A stretch of DNA of 64,000 nt from an uncultured delta proteobacterium. GTDB lineage: Bacteria; Desulfobacterota; Desulfuromonadia; Geobacterales; DSM-12255. The notes beneath the pieces were generated by a model, which saw only the letters and a program-made list of their open reading frames with translations, was not told the DNA's origin and made no database searches. Positions 40,685 to 51,257 of the stretch are shown here, piece by piece (within the stretch, counting starts at the first letter, position 1; each line of letters opens with the position of its first letter). Location: contig CAWBBV010000011.1 in NCBI GenBank assembly GCA_963787125.1, positions 64,001-128,000 of the forward strand, given 5' to 3'. The position numbers and the translations under genes were made by a program.

Positions 40685-42466
40685 ATGCACTCATATTTTA
40701 TCGTAATTATACTATTATGTGTGACTCTCGGCGGCTGTGGCAGAAACAGTTATGACATCCAAACAACCAGATCAGATGCCGATAATTACAACAAAATAGT
40801 CGTCACGAATAATAAATGCAGTTGGTCGGAAGATCCGACTATTTATGTAGATAACAATTCAGTATGGATCTACTGCACGAATATCTATGAACACATTATC
40901 TTGAAAGCCGGGCCGTCAACGGCTACAGCGATTAAAGAAAAGGTTTCTGAACCGGACTTGAGCTCTTTTTCAAATAAAAAGCGCAGTGCCAAAATGGTTA
41001 AATGCGACCCCAATATATCCAAATACGGAATTTGTGCTGACGACTTGTTCCCTTTTGCCGGCTTCAAGCTTGAATATGAAGTCCCGATGATAGGCTTTCC
41101 AGTCGCCAAATTCGAGTATCAGGATTATTCGGAAGTCTACCGTAAATATTATCAAATAATGTATGGCGATTCCAAGTCGAGCACTTTAAAAACTAATGCG
41201 CGCTCAAGGTACGTCGAAAACAAAATTGTTACCGATGTTCTTAACAATGTTTTGTTCGGTTTTAACGCGGAGAACAATTTAAAGCTGTTAGCTTTGATTT
41301 ATAATACTGACAGCACTGACAGTTATGTGTCAGGCCACGGCTTGGCACTGATAGAAAAGGCCAAGTCAACTGCTGAAAAGCTGGACCTTTGCGAGAAGAT
41401 TGCCCGTAACGGCTACTTTAATGTCAATGATGCAGAATATTATCGCCTGCTGCTTGACTACATCAAAAGCAACCGGCACGAGTTAATCAACATCCTCCTG
41501 AAATCCGGATTGGATTCAAATATTTCCCACTCGAAATCCGGTACTTTGCTGGCAAGCGCCGTAACGATGAATAATATTGCCGTAACACGCAGATTGATCG
41601 ACAGTGGCGCTTCTGTGCAATCAGAGGAGCTGCTCCTGAGCGCCGTTACTAATAATAATCTTGAAATGATCCGCCTGCTGAAATCGAAAGGCGCCAAATT
41701 ACCGCCAGTTTATGCAAACGCTCTGGCTGCAGCAAAGAAAAGTGACATTCCCACTACGGATTATTGGCTCTACAAAGCGGTTCAGCTTGAACTCGTCAAT
41801 AACAATGAAATAAACAATGTCGAACGTGTAATCGGCCCGGAGCGATTAAGAGTGTATAAAATTGTCTCTGCGTCGAATTACGCCCCACCGGGCGGGCGAA
41901 ATTTCAAGGTGCGGCTCTCTTATAAGGCTTCTGCCAACAAAGCACCGGAATTGGCTGCAAAAATCAGGAGCGGGATGAAGGTCAGGGATCCCTGGGGGAT
42001 TTTAAATCCATACTGGGTGACTGAATTTCCAGCTGAAGCTGCCTATGAAGCAAATGGAGTTATCATCGGCAGTTGGTACACTTCGTATTATGACGGCTAT
42101 TCTGCCTGGCTGAATCAGCTCACGGGAGAAATGAACAAACTTGAGGGTGAAGGCGTTCTCAAATCATGGGATGTCACTCTACTTGGAGAGACAGTACGGC
42201 CCGATTATTCATCAGGTTCGACATCCTCAAGTTCGTCAAGCTCCTCTAGCTCGGCAAACGCTTCATCGGCAAATAAGCCTCGCCCAGCGGCAATAAAGGG
42301 CGTAAAGAGAGTATTCAACGAAGGGAACAATACAATTGTCGAGTGTAATGACGGTGATAAGTTGAAGGTTGCCCGCGACAATTATGGCAAATGCACCTAT
42401 CCGGGGACTTTCGGCAGTTATGATTGCCAAACAGCAATTGAGTGGACCAGGAAAATGTGTAAATAA
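40685..42466 (+). CDS. Ankyrin-repeat lipoprotein
   Basis: Lipobox LGGC; LLASAV..NN....RLIDSGA and LLSAV.NNNLEMIRLL..KGA repeats; poly-Ser linker. Confidence 0.75.
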   Translation: MHSYFIVIILLCVTLGGCGRNSYDIQTTRSDADNYNKIVVTNNKCSWSEDPTIYVDNNSVWIYCTNIYEHIILKAGPSTATAIKEKVSEPDLSSFSNKKRSAKMVKCDPNISKYGICADDLFPFAGFKLEYEVPMIGFPVAKFEYQDYSEVYRKYYQIMYGDSKSSTLKTNARSRYVENKIVTDVLNNVLFGFNAENNLKLLALIYNTDSTDSYVSGHGLALIEKAKSTAEKLDLCEKIARNGYFNVNDAEYYRLLLDYIKSNRHELINILLKSGLDSNISHSKSGTLLASAVTMNNIAVTRRLIDSGASVQSEELLLSAVTNNNLEMIRLLKSKGAKLPPVYANALAAAKKSDIPTTDYWLYKAVQLELVNNNEINNVERVIGPERLRVYKIVSASNYAPPGGRNFKVRLSYKASANKAPELAAKIRSGMKVRDPWGILNPYWVTEFPAEAAYEANGVIIGSWYTSYYDGYSAWLNQLTGEMNKLEGEGVLKSWDVTLLGETVRPDYSSGSTSSSSSSSSSSANASSANKPRPAAIKGVKRVFNEGNNTIVECNDGDKLKVARDNYGKCTYPGTFGSYDCQTAIEWTRKMCK

Positions 42467-42515
42467 TTCCAGGACGATCACGACTCCTTAACTCCCCTAT
42501 GCATAAGCCCCATCC

Positions 42516-42544
42516 CGGGCAGCCAAAACGGCTGCCCGTTTTTT
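42516..42544 (+). terminator. Rho-independent terminator
   Basis: cgggcagcc-aaaac-ggctgcccg-tttttt. Confidence 0.8.
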
Positions 42545-42614
42545 GTAATTAATTTCATATCCAGCCGACTCATGTTATAAAGTCTGCCAATCTTCCTTTT
42601 TCAGGAGTCGCCCC

Positions 42615-44798
42615 ATGCTGGTTCACCGCCACCTGTCATTGTTCCTCATTCTCCTTGTTACCCTTTCCACAACAACCGCTTTTGCCACTGTCACCCGTGA
42701 ATGGACGGAAAAGAGTCTGGGCGATTCCGGTGCCGGTTCTTATGAAGGGATCATGTATTCCGATCGTGGGCGTTTGGCGCCGGGGATCAAGACAGAAAAA
42801 AAGCTTTACAAAGAGGATCTTGCTTTTTGGGCCGGGACCTATGAAAAGTCAGGCACACTCCTGGCCGGTGGTGGTGCGCCGCCATTTGTTGTCCGCCAGA
42901 ATAAGGAAGGACTGTTTACACCACTCACTATCAACGGTCTGGCCAAAGATGGCCGGGATGCTACCAGCTCGGTTACAGTCCTGCGGACAATTTCTCAGGG
43001 TCGGGTCGTGGCCGGATTTTCCGGTAACGGGTTAATCGTCATCAAAAACTACGCCAAACCGGATGAATTTATCCAACTGGCAAAACTGCCGGTGCGCAGT
43101 ATCTGGGATCTGGTCGAAGGTGGCGACGGTTTTCTGTATACCGCTACCGGGCCACTGGGACAGGTTTACCGTGTAAATCTTACCAGCGGCGCTTTCGAAG
43201 TCTGGGCCCAGATCAAGGATACCAACGTCCGCACTCTGTGCTGGGCAAACGGGAAGCTGCTTGCCGGTGGGGGGGACAGCGGCAACCTCTACGAAATCAG
43301 AGGGAAGGAACGGGTCGAAACCCTCCACCACTTCGAGGAGGAGAGCCTGCAAAGGATCGTAGCCTACAAGGACGGGTTTGTCGTGGCGGTCAACAAGCTG
43401 CGGGTGCCGACCGATGAAAAGGCTGATGACGGCTATAAAAAATACTTCAAGAAACTTACCGATCTGCCGCAAGGGTTCGGTATCGATGAGAAGATGCCTG
43501 CCCCACCGGATCAGATGCGCTCCACCACCTCCAATTATGCAGCGGGCGCCGTCTACCTCATCGGCAAAGAGTACCGCATCGATCGGCTGGCAACGCTGAA
43601 AAATGAGCATATCATGGATGCCAGGGTGGATGCCGATGGCCGCGTGTATCTGGCCACAGGGCCAAATGGCCGGGTTTATATGGTAAGGGCCAATGGCGAC
43701 GAGCGGGAACTCTGGACCGTGCAGGAGCTCGAGTATGTCAATGCCACTGCTGTGCTGATGCAGGATGGTTCACCCCGGGCTTTCCTGGCCGCCGGTCATG
43801 AAGCGGTCGCCTTTCTCCGCAATGAGAAACAGGGGCGAAGCGGATCTTTCAAGACGAAACCCTATAGTGCCGGTCGACCGGCCAGCTGGGGGGCGCTTTC
43901 CTGGCGTGGTGCCGGAGTGAAGGTCTATACCCGCAACGGTCACTCTCCCAAGGCGGACAGCAGTTGGACCAAATGGGTTGAGCGTAAGAACGGCGTTGCC
44001 CTTGCGGGGGCGGCTAAAGCCTGGAGCTTTGCCCAGATAAGAATCGACATGACCGGCAAAGCGGAGTTCTACGGTTTCAGTTGGCGCTTTGCCGAAAAGA
44101 ATCAGCGCCCGGAAATCAAGTCTTTGACTGTCGGCGAGCGCGAACTGGTCAAAAGCGGCGCCCAGAGGCCGATAACGTGGGAAGCGAGCGATCCGAACGG
44201 TGATAAGCTGGAATACCGACTGGCCATCAAGGAAGAGTCCGCTGCCGCATGGCAGGAGGTGAGCGGTTCGAGCCCCATAACCGAAGCGAAGTTTTCTCTC
44301 CCGGTTGGTCAGCTGCCGGATGGGCGCTATCTGCTGCGCCTGACAGCCAGCGATGCCCCTGCCAACTACGAAGCGCCACTGATATCATCACGCATATCGC
44401 CACTGTTCATTATCAATAATGGTCGGCCGGAAATCAGGGATATGGCTTTTGACCCGGCAACCGGCAGATTGACTGCCAGGGTTGTCGATAAACTCTCGAT
44501 CATCAGTGAACTGGCGATTGCTGTGGATGGCGGTGACTGGAAGAGTATCTCTTCGGCCGATGGTATTCTTGATGAGAAGGAAGAAGAGGTGAAGCTGATC
44601 TTGCCGGGGATTGCCAAAGGCAGTCACAACGTGGCACTCAAGGCCGTCACTGAAGCGGGCGGGGAGACGGTTGTGCAGAAGAAAATCTCATTGGACAAAG
44701 CGCCACCAGAAGCACAAATTCCACTGCCGATCGTCGATGATGACCCGGCGGAACAGCCGGTTGTTCAAGCTCCCTTGAAGCCGGTGACAAAACAGTAG
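42615..44798 (+). CDS. Secreted beta-propeller protein with C-terminal FN3/Ig-like domains
   Basis: Repeated LY.ATGP.G.VY blades; WEASDPNGD.L.Y, LPDGRY..RLTASD, DGI.D...E. Confidence 0.8.
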   Translation: MLVHRHLSLFLILLVTLSTTTAFATVTREWTEKSLGDSGAGSYEGIMYSDRGRLAPGIKTEKKLYKEDLAFWAGTYEKSGTLLAGGGAPPFVVRQNKEGLFTPLTINGLAKDGRDATSSVTVLRTISQGRVVAGFSGNGLIVIKNYAKPDEFIQLAKLPVRSIWDLVEGGDGFLYTATGPLGQVYRVNLTSGAFEVWAQIKDTNVRTLCWANGKLLAGGGDSGNLYEIRGKERVETLHHFEEESLQRIVAYKDGFVVAVNKLRVPTDEKADDGYKKYFKKLTDLPQGFGIDEKMPAPPDQMRSTTSNYAAGAVYLIGKEYRIDRLATLKNEHIMDARVDADGRVYLATGPNGRVYMVRANGDERELWTVQELEYVNATAVLMQDGSPRAFLAAGHEAVAFLRNEKQGRSGSFKTKPYSAGRPASWGALSWRGAGVKVYTRNGHSPKADSSWTKWVERKNGVALAGAAKAWSFAQIRIDMTGKAEFYGFSWRFAEKNQRPEIKSLTVGERELVKSGAQRPITWEASDPNGDKLEYRLAIKEESAAAWQEVSGSSPITEAKFSLPVGQLPDGRYLLRLTASDAPANYEAPLISSRISPLFIINNGRPEIRDMAFDPATGRLTARVVDKLSIISELAIAVDGGDWKSISSADGILDEKEEEVKLILPGIAKGSHNVALKAVTEAGGETVVQKKISLDKAPPEAQIPLPIVDDDPAEQPVVQAPLKPVTKQ

Positions 44799-44799
44799 C

Positions 44800-45492
44800 A
44801 TGAGTGTCCCGGAAAAAAATATTCATCCCGTCGTTGAGATCACCGGCGCTGCGGTGATTTACCACAAAGGCAAGGAGGAGGTTGCGGCCTTGCGGGGAGT
44901 TGACTTCACTCTGGAGCGGGGAGAGTTCGTCACTGTTACCGGGCCATCCGGGGCCGGGAAGAGCACTTTTTTGCAGTTGTGTGGTGGCATTCTTACCCCT
45001 ACAGCAGGAGAAGTCCGTTTCATGGGGGTTGACAGGGGCCGGATGCGGGATCGCGATCTGGCAAAACTGCGCAGTCAAGAGATAGGCTTTGTTTTCCAGT
45101 CATTCAACCTGCTCGATTACCTCCCGGCCGAGGAGAACGTGGCACTGCCACTGCTTTTGGCCGGCGTGCCGGAAAGCGAGCGGCTGGAACGAGCCCGGCG
45201 CAGGCTGGATTCTCTGGGTCTCGGGCAGCGGACAAAGCACTATCCGGCTGAGCTTTCCGGCGGCGAGTGCCAGCGGGTGGCCATTGCCCGCGCCCTGGTG
45301 ACCGATCCGCCGCTGCTCATCGCCGACGAGCCGACCGGCAACCTGGATCATGACAGCAGTAGCGTCGTGATGGAAATCTTTGCCGCCATCCACCGGGAGG
45401 GGAGCGCTTCGATTCTGCTGGTGACTCACAGCCCGTGGGTGGCAGAATTCGGCAGCCGTACCGTCCGCATAGATGCCGGGAGGCTCGAGTGA
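44800..45492 (+). CDS. ABC transporter ATP-binding protein (LolD/MacB type)
   Basis: GPSGAGKST, IGFVFQSFNL, LSGGECQRVAIARAL, ADEPTGNLD. Confidence 0.95.
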   Translation: MSVPEKNIHPVVEITGAAVIYHKGKEEVAALRGVDFTLERGEFVTVTGPSGAGKSTFLQLCGGILTPTAGEVRFMGVDRGRMRDRDLAKLRSQEIGFVFQSFNLLDYLPAEENVALPLLLAGVPESERLERARRRLDSLGLGQRTKHYPAELSGGECQRVAIARALVTDPPLLIADEPTGNLDHDSSSVVMEIFAAIHREGSASILLVTHSPWVAEFGSRTVRIDAGRLE

Positions 45493-46952
45493 TAACCTGG
45501 CGCGACTCTCTTGCCTTAAGCCGCAAACGCTGGAAACGCAAGCGTATTTTTGGTAGTCTGAAATACTCGGCACCGCTCTTTTTCATTACCCTGCTCACCA
45601 TCGTTTCCCTCAATATCATCTATGTCCTCAGCGTCCGCATCACTGAGGCTACCAGAGACAGTCAATTCCCTCACCCCACCCACTTGCGGGTCTCCGTCCT
45701 ACCAAAGTCGAAGGACCTGCTCACCACTGTCCAGTTGAAAGCGCTGCGCAATCATCCGGCAGTGCGCTATTCCATGGGGGGACAGAGTTGGCTCGGAAAC
45801 TTTTTCGCCGACCTGGGTGAGGCCCGTTATGTCCAGATCCCTTTTTTCTGCGGTTATACGCCCGAATTTTTCAGCTTGTACCGGACTCTGCCTCCGGAGA
45901 AGAGTGTGCCCGATTGCATACCGGTTCTGCTCGGCCGGGACCTGCTTTCCCTTTCCTGGTCGCCGGAAAAGAAGCGTTTTATCCGCAATGAGCGGGAAGA
46001 GATGATTCGCTGGCTCGGCCGGACCTTCACGGTGTACCTCAATCCCTGGGGAACAGAAGGGTTTAAATCTGCCTTTGCCCTGGAGCAACTGGACTATCCC
46101 CGTTACCGGCACGGGGTCATGGCAAAGCGTAAACAACATCTGGCCGACCTGGAACGAACCAATCCCGAGCTTGCCCGTCAACAGGACGCCGTTTTTATCA
46201 GAATGCAGGTGGTCGGCTTTGTGCGTGACCTGGAAGAGAGCGGGAGCACGTCGGTACTGCCGGAAGATTTCGCCGCCAAAATAGTGGAACTTTCTGCCCT
46301 GCGACGGGGTAAAAAAGTTAAAGCGCCGACAGATGACAGTTTGAGCAGTATCAATCTACTGGTGACAGCGGGACGTGAACAGGAAATTTCTGTGCTGGCC
46401 AAATCACTGGGGCTGAAAGTCCATGATCGCAACAGCGACGGAGTCATTGCCCGCCTCTACCAGGAGATAAAGGATGATCCCGGCACCCGGCTGGCGGTAT
46501 ACATTCTGTCATCCCTCTACTCGGTGGCAATGATGATTGTCATCTACCAGCTGCTCAGTGGCCAGGTGAAAGATTCTATCAGGGAGATCGGCCTGCTGCG
46601 CTGTATAGGCGCCCGCCGGCGCGACATCATGCGGATTTTTATAGTTATGAATCTTGTGCGTCTCGGCAGAATCTACCTTGCCTGCCTGGCAGTCGCTTAT
46701 CTGCTCCTGCTGGCTGGCGGCTACTGGTCGGCCGGCTTGTTGAATCTCATTGATCCGGAGAGTCTCATCAATGGAAATATCCCCGATTTTCTTATCAGCA
46801 AGATTGATCACTTTTCAAACTTCTGGTTAATTGGCCCCCCTTGGATGGCGGTTTTCCCGCTGCTGCTGCTGGTGCCGCTTGCGCTTTCTTCCGCAGCCAT
46901 CCCCATCTGGCACGCCATGGGAGTGCAGCCGTCGGAGGCGCTTAAGGATTGA
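45489..46952 (+). CDS. FtsX/MacB-like ABC permease
   Basis: One N-terminal TM, large periplasmic loop, REIGLLRCIGARRRDI, C-terminal P..ALK; GTG overlaps the ATPase stop. Confidence 0.85.
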   Translation: MITWRDSLALSRKRWKRKRIFGSLKYSAPLFFITLLTIVSLNIIYVLSVRITEATRDSQFPHPTHLRVSVLPKSKDLLTTVQLKALRNHPAVRYSMGGQSWLGNFFADLGEARYVQIPFFCGYTPEFFSLYRTLPPEKSVPDCIPVLLGRDLLSLSWSPEKKRFIRNEREEMIRWLGRTFTVYLNPWGTEGFKSAFALEQLDYPRYRHGVMAKRKQHLADLERTNPELARQQDAVFIRMQVVGFVRDLEESGSTSVLPEDFAAKIVELSALRRGKKVKAPTDDSLSSINLLVTAGREQEISVLAKSLGLKVHDRNSDGVIARLYQEIKDDPGTRLAVYILSSLYSVAMMIVIYQLLSGQVKDSIREIGLLRCIGARRRDIMRIFIVMNLVRLGRIYLACLAVAYLLLLAGGYWSAGLLNLIDPESLINGNIPDFLISKIDHFSNFWLIGPPWMAVFPLLLLVPLALSSAAIPIWHAMGVQPSEALKD

Positions 46953-47046
46953 GCACCATTGGTTCATGACAGAGATGCTGTTAATCAGGTAAATTTTAGT
47001 GTACAAGAAACGGGTCGTATTTCTATAGCAAGTTACGGAGGAGCAC

Positions 47047-47427
47047 ATGGAGACAGGCGAGCGCCCCTGGGGCACCTATACCGTTCTCGACGAGAACAGA
47101 AGTTACAAGATCAAACGAATTGTTGTCAATCCGGGTGAGAGGCTCTCCCTGCAGATGCATCACCACCGGAGCGAGCACTGGATAGTCGTTTCCGGGACTG
47201 CCAAGGTCACGTGCGACGGCAGAGAGTACATTGTCAACATTAACGAATCGACCTTTATCCCGATCGGCATGAATCATCGGCTTGAGAACCCCGGCGTCAT
47301 CCCGTTGACCATCATCGAAGTGCAGAGTGGCGAATATCTGGGTGAAGATGATATCGTCCGCTTTCAGGATGATTATAACCGTGTCCCCGAAAAAGGGACA
47401 AAGCCGGAGGAGTTGGCAACGGAGTAA
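47047..47427 (+). CDS. Cupin, mannose-6-phosphate isomerase type II C-terminal domain
   Basis: [40 protein letters not shown]. Confidence 0.92.
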   Translation: METGERPWGTYTVLDENRSYKIKRIVVNPGERLSLQMHHHRSEHWIVVSGTAKVTCDGREYIVNINESTFIPIGMNHRLENPGVIPLTIIEVQSGEYLGEDDIVRFQDDYNRVPEKGTKPEELATE

Positions 47428-47464
47428 CCCGGAAGACTCCTCTTGCAAATACAGCGGATAAACA

Positions 47465-47502
47465 CCAACAGCCCTGCTCCAGAAGAGGAACAGGGCTGTT
47501 GG
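47465..47502. terminator. Stem-loop between the convergent cupin and pyc genes
   Basis: ccaacagccctg ... cagggctgttgg. Confidence 0.6.
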
Positions 47503-47524
47503 CGTATCCATATTGGTAAAGAAG

Positions 47525-50500
47525 CTACCCCATTACCATAACGAGGTCTTCTTTCTCCACTTTATCCCCTTCCTTGAACTTGACCTCAGTAACCTTGGCG
47601 TCCGCCTTGGCCTTGATATTGGTCTCCATCTTCATCGCCTCGGTAACCATCAAAACATCCCCGGCCTTGACTTCGTCGCCGACCTTCACATTGACTTTGA
47701 GCACCTTGCCCGGCATCGGCGCACCGACATGAGCGGCATTCCCTTTGTCCGCCTTTTCCCGGACAGTCGCGTCTGTCTCTGCCGACTGATCACGCACCGT
47801 GACTGAACGGGCATTACCGTTCAGCTCAAAGTAAACCTGACGGGTACCGTCCGGCTGGACCCTGCCGATGGCGTTCAACTTGATGATAAACGTCTTGCCT
47901 GGCTCGATGTCTAAAGAGGTCTCCTGACCCGGCTCAAGTCCGTAGAAGAAGATCGGCGTTGGAATGACGGAGATATCGGAATACTCCTGGCGATGGCGGT
48001 CAAACTCCGGATAGACGTTGGGGTAGAGAATCGCCGAGATCAGCGCCTTATCGTCGATCTTGTGACCAAGCTTCTCTTCCAGAACAAGACGTTCCTCTTC
48101 AAAATCCGCCGGTTCCAGAAGTTCACCCGGACGGCAGGTTATCGGCTGCTGATCCTTGAGAATTATTTTCTGCAGCTCCTGCGGCCAGCCTTGATACGGC
48201 TGACCGAGCATCCCCTTGAACATGCCGATAACAGACTCGGGAAAGGCCAGCTCTTCCTTGGTTGTGAAGACATCTTCAGGCTCAAGGTTGTTTTTTACCA
48301 GGAACATGGACATGTCGCCGACAACCTTTGATGACGGCGTCACCTTGACGATATCGCCGAACATCATGTTTACCTTGTGGTACATCTCCTTGCATTCGTC
48401 CCAGCGTTCGATGAGCCCGAGTCCGGCAACCTGCGGCTTGTAGTTGGAGTACTGGCCGCCCGGAATCTCGTGATGATAGACCTCTGCAGTTCCGGATTTG
48501 AGCCCGGATTCAAACGGGGCGTAGTAGTCACGGACAGTCTCCCAGTAGTTGGCCAACTGCTGCAGGCCGGCTGCATTGACGAGGGGATCGCGCTCGCTCC
48601 GCTCCAGGCTGGCAACGAGAGCGTTCAGGTTTGGCTGGGCTGTTAGGCCGGAGAGTGATGACAGCGCCGCGTCGACGATATCAACACCTGCCTCGCTTGC
48701 CTTGAGCAGCATGGCGCTACCGTTGCTTGAGGTGTCATGGGTATGGAGATGAATAGGAATGCCGATATTTTCTTTGAGCGCCTTGACCAGTTTGTAGGCT
48801 GCCAGAGGCTTCAAGAGTCCCGCCATATCCTTGATGGCCAGGATATGGGCGCCCATCTGCTCCAGCTCTTTTGCCATGCCGACATAATATTCAAGAGGGT
48901 ATTTGTCTCGTTTCGGATCGGTGATGTCACCGGTGTAGCAGATAGCTGCTTCGCAGATTTTGCCGCTTTTGCGTACCGCCTCCATTGCCACCTTCATGCC
49001 TGTTGTCCAGTTGAGAGAGTCGAAAACGCGGAAGATATCAACCCCGGAATTGGCCGCCTCTTCAACGAATTTCTGCACCACATTGTCGGGGTAGTTAGTG
49101 TAACCAACCGCATTGGAGCCGCGCAGCAGCATCTGGAAAAGAATGTTCGGGATCATTTCCGAAAGCTTGTGCAGCCTCTGCCATGGGTCTTCTTTGAGGA
49201 ACCGCATGGAGACGTCGAAGGTTGCTCCACCCCAGCATTCGAGAGAGAAGAGGTCGGCGCCCAGATATGAGGTCGGCTCGGCAATTTTGAGAAGATCGTA
49301 GGTTCTGACCCGGGTCGCCAGATTCGACTGGTGGGCATCACGCATGGTGGTGTCAGTAATAAGCAGCTTTTTTTGGTCGAGAATCCACTTGGAAAGCCCC
49401 TCTGCGCCCAGCTTCATGAAAAGATCACGACTGCCGGAAGGGCGCTGCCGGGTCATGTCGATTTCCGGCACTCTCGCCTCGATCAGTTCGGCAGATTTAA
49501 GCGGCTTGGCAACCCCGGGAGAACCGTTGACGCTGACATCACCGAGGAAGGTCAGCACCTTGGTAGCCCTGTCCTTTTTTTCACGGATATGGAGGAGTTC
49601 CGGATGCTTATCGATGAAAGAGGTATTGCACTTCCCTTTCAGGAACACCGGGTGAGTGACAACATTTTCGAGAAAGCCGATATTGGTCTTGACCCCCCGC
49701 ACCCGGAACTCCTGGAGTGAGCGGTGCATGATGTTGGCAGCCTCGGTGAAAGTAAGCCCCCACGAACTCACCTTGACCAGGAGCGAATCATAGTGCGGCG
49801 TGATCTTGGCTCCGGTGGAGGCATTGCCTGCGTCAAGCCGCACTCCGCAGCCGGCAGCAGAGCGATAGGTCGTGAGAGTCCCGAAATCGGGGGCAAAGTT
49901 ATTGGTCGGATCTTCGGTAGTAATCCGGCACTGGATGGCATAACCGCGCATATCAATGGCGCTCTGGGAGGGGATGTTGATCTCCGGGTCGGAGAGCTTG
50001 TGACCGGCGGCAATCAGAATCTGGGTCTGGACAAGGTTACGACCGGTTATCATCTCGGTAACAGTATGTTCAACCTGAATCCGCGGGTTCATTTCGATGA
50101 AATAGTGATTTCCCTCCGCATCAACAAGGAACTCTACCGTACCGGCATTGCGGTATTTCACCTGCCCGGCTATCTTCAGCGCAGCGGTGCAGAGCTCCTC
50201 ACGCTGGGACTGGGTAAGGGAGAGCGAAGGTGCAAATTCGACAACCTTTTGATGGCGGCGCTGCACCGAGCAGTCACGGTCAAAAAAATGGACAAGGTTA
50301 CCGTAGTTATCCCCCATGACCTGCACTTCGATATGCTTGGGATTCTCGATGTAGCGCTCAAGGAAGACATCGGCATTGCCGAAAGAGGCTTTTGCCTCGC
50401 TGCTGGCAGCTACCAACCCTTCAAGCAGCTCTTTTTTATTATTGGCAACTCTCATCCCGCGGCCACCACCACCGGCAGACGCCTTGATGATGATCGGATA

Positions 50501-50971
50501 GCCTGCCTCCTTGGCAAACTTGAGAGCTTCTTCCTCTTTAACGATCGGGTTTTCAGTCCCCGGCACAACCTGCACACCGGCAGCTACAGCGGCTTTACGG
50601 CCAGCCACCTTGTCCCCCAGGGCTCGCTGCATTTCGCCGGTCGGGCCGATAAAGGCGATCCCGTTTGCCTCACATTTTTCAGCGAATTCGGCATTTTCCG
50701 CCAGAAAACCGTAACCGGGGTGAATGGCATCAACCTCAGCTTTGAGTGCCAGGGCAATAATCTCGTCAATGCCAAGATAAGCATCAATCGGCGCTTTACC
50801 TTTGCCGATCAGATATGCCTCGTCAGCTTTGTAACGATGCAGGGAGAGTTTATCCTCTTCCGAATAGATTGCCACAGTGCCAATCCCCAACTCCGTACAG
50901 GCGCGGAATATCCGGATTGCAATCTCGCCGCGGTTGGCTGCCAATATTTTTCTGAATTTTTTCTTCTGCAT
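47525..50971 (-). CDS. pyc: Pyruvate carboxylase
   Basis: ANRGEIAIR, HPGYGFL.EN, RDAHQS, IKDMAG, HTHDT, biotin site AMKM. Confidence 0.97.
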   Translation of the reverse strand: MQKKKFRKILAANRGEIAIRIFRACTELGIGTVAIYSEEDKLSLHRYKADEAYLIGKGKAPIDAYLGIDEIIALALKAEVDAIHPGYGFLAENAEFAEKCEANGIAFIGPTGEMQRALGDKVAGRKAAVAAGVQVVPGTENPIVKEEEALKFAKEAGYPIIIKASAGGGGRGMRVANNKKELLEGLVAASSEAKASFGNADVFLERYIENPKHIEVQVMGDNYGNLVHFFDRDCSVQRRHQKVVEFAPSLSLTQSQREELCTAALKIAGQVKYRNAGTVEFLVDAEGNHYFIEMNPRIQVEHTVTEMITGRNLVQTQILIAAGHKLSDPEINIPSQSAIDMRGYAIQCRITTEDPTNNFAPDFGTLTTYRSAAGCGVRLDAGNASTGAKITPHYDSLLVKVSSWGLTFTEAANIMHRSLQEFRVRGVKTNIGFLENVVTHPVFLKGKCNTSFIDKHPELLHIREKKDRATKVLTFLGDVSVNGSPGVAKPLKSAELIEARVPEIDMTRQRPSGSRDLFMKLGAEGLSKWILDQKKLLITDTTMRDAHQSNLATRVRTYDLLKIAEPTSYLGADLFSLECWGGATFDVSMRFLKEDPWQRLHKLSEMIPNILFQMLLRGSNAVGYTNYPDNVVQKFVEEAANSGVDIFRVFDSLNWTTGMKVAMEAVRKSGKICEAAICYTGDITDPKRDKYPLEYYVGMAKELEQMGAHILAIKDMAGLLKPLAAYKLVKALKENIGIPIHLHTHDTSSNGSAMLLKASEAGVDIVDAALSSLSGLTAQPNLNALVASLERSERDPLVNAAGLQQLANYWETVRDYYAPFESGLKSGTAEVYHHEIPGGQYSNYKPQVAGLGLIERWDECKEMYHKVNMMFGDIVKVTPSSKVVGDMSMFLVKNNLEPEDVFTTKEELAFPESVIGMFKGMLGQPYQGWPQELQKIILKDQQPITCRPGELLEPADFEEERLVLEEKLGHKIDDKALISAILYPNVYPEFDRHRQEYSDISVIPTPIFFYGLEPGQETSLDIEPGKTFIIKLNAIGRVQPDGTRQVYFELNGNARSVTVRDQSAETDATVREKADKGNAAHVGAPMPGKVLKVNVKVGDEVKAGDVLMVTEAMKMETNIKAKADAKVTEVKFKEGDKVEKEDLVMVMG

Positions 50972-51257
50972 CAAAAATCCCCCTGACTGTTTTATGGAAA
51001 ATTAAACTGCGAAAACCTGAATAAATTATTTTAGGTAAACTAAAATTATTTAGTTATTTTAGATAGTTACGCTATCAAACACAGCGCATAAAAACAGACT
51101 AAAGGCAAATTGTCAATAAGAAATGAAGAGCGCACTGTCAGGATTGAAAATATGCTTCGCTTGTGTATAATGGAGCGCGGTTTCATATCCAAAAAAGCTG
51201 ATTCTGGCTCTGGTTGATGACGCAACCATGAAAGCTTTACTTAAAAAGGAGAAGTTA

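Noticed and set aside
49724..50986. 420-aa ORF on the + strand and other long antisense ORFs over pyc, trp and DUF11 genes
   Set aside because: Shadow frames of GC-rich coding genes with no recognisable motifs.
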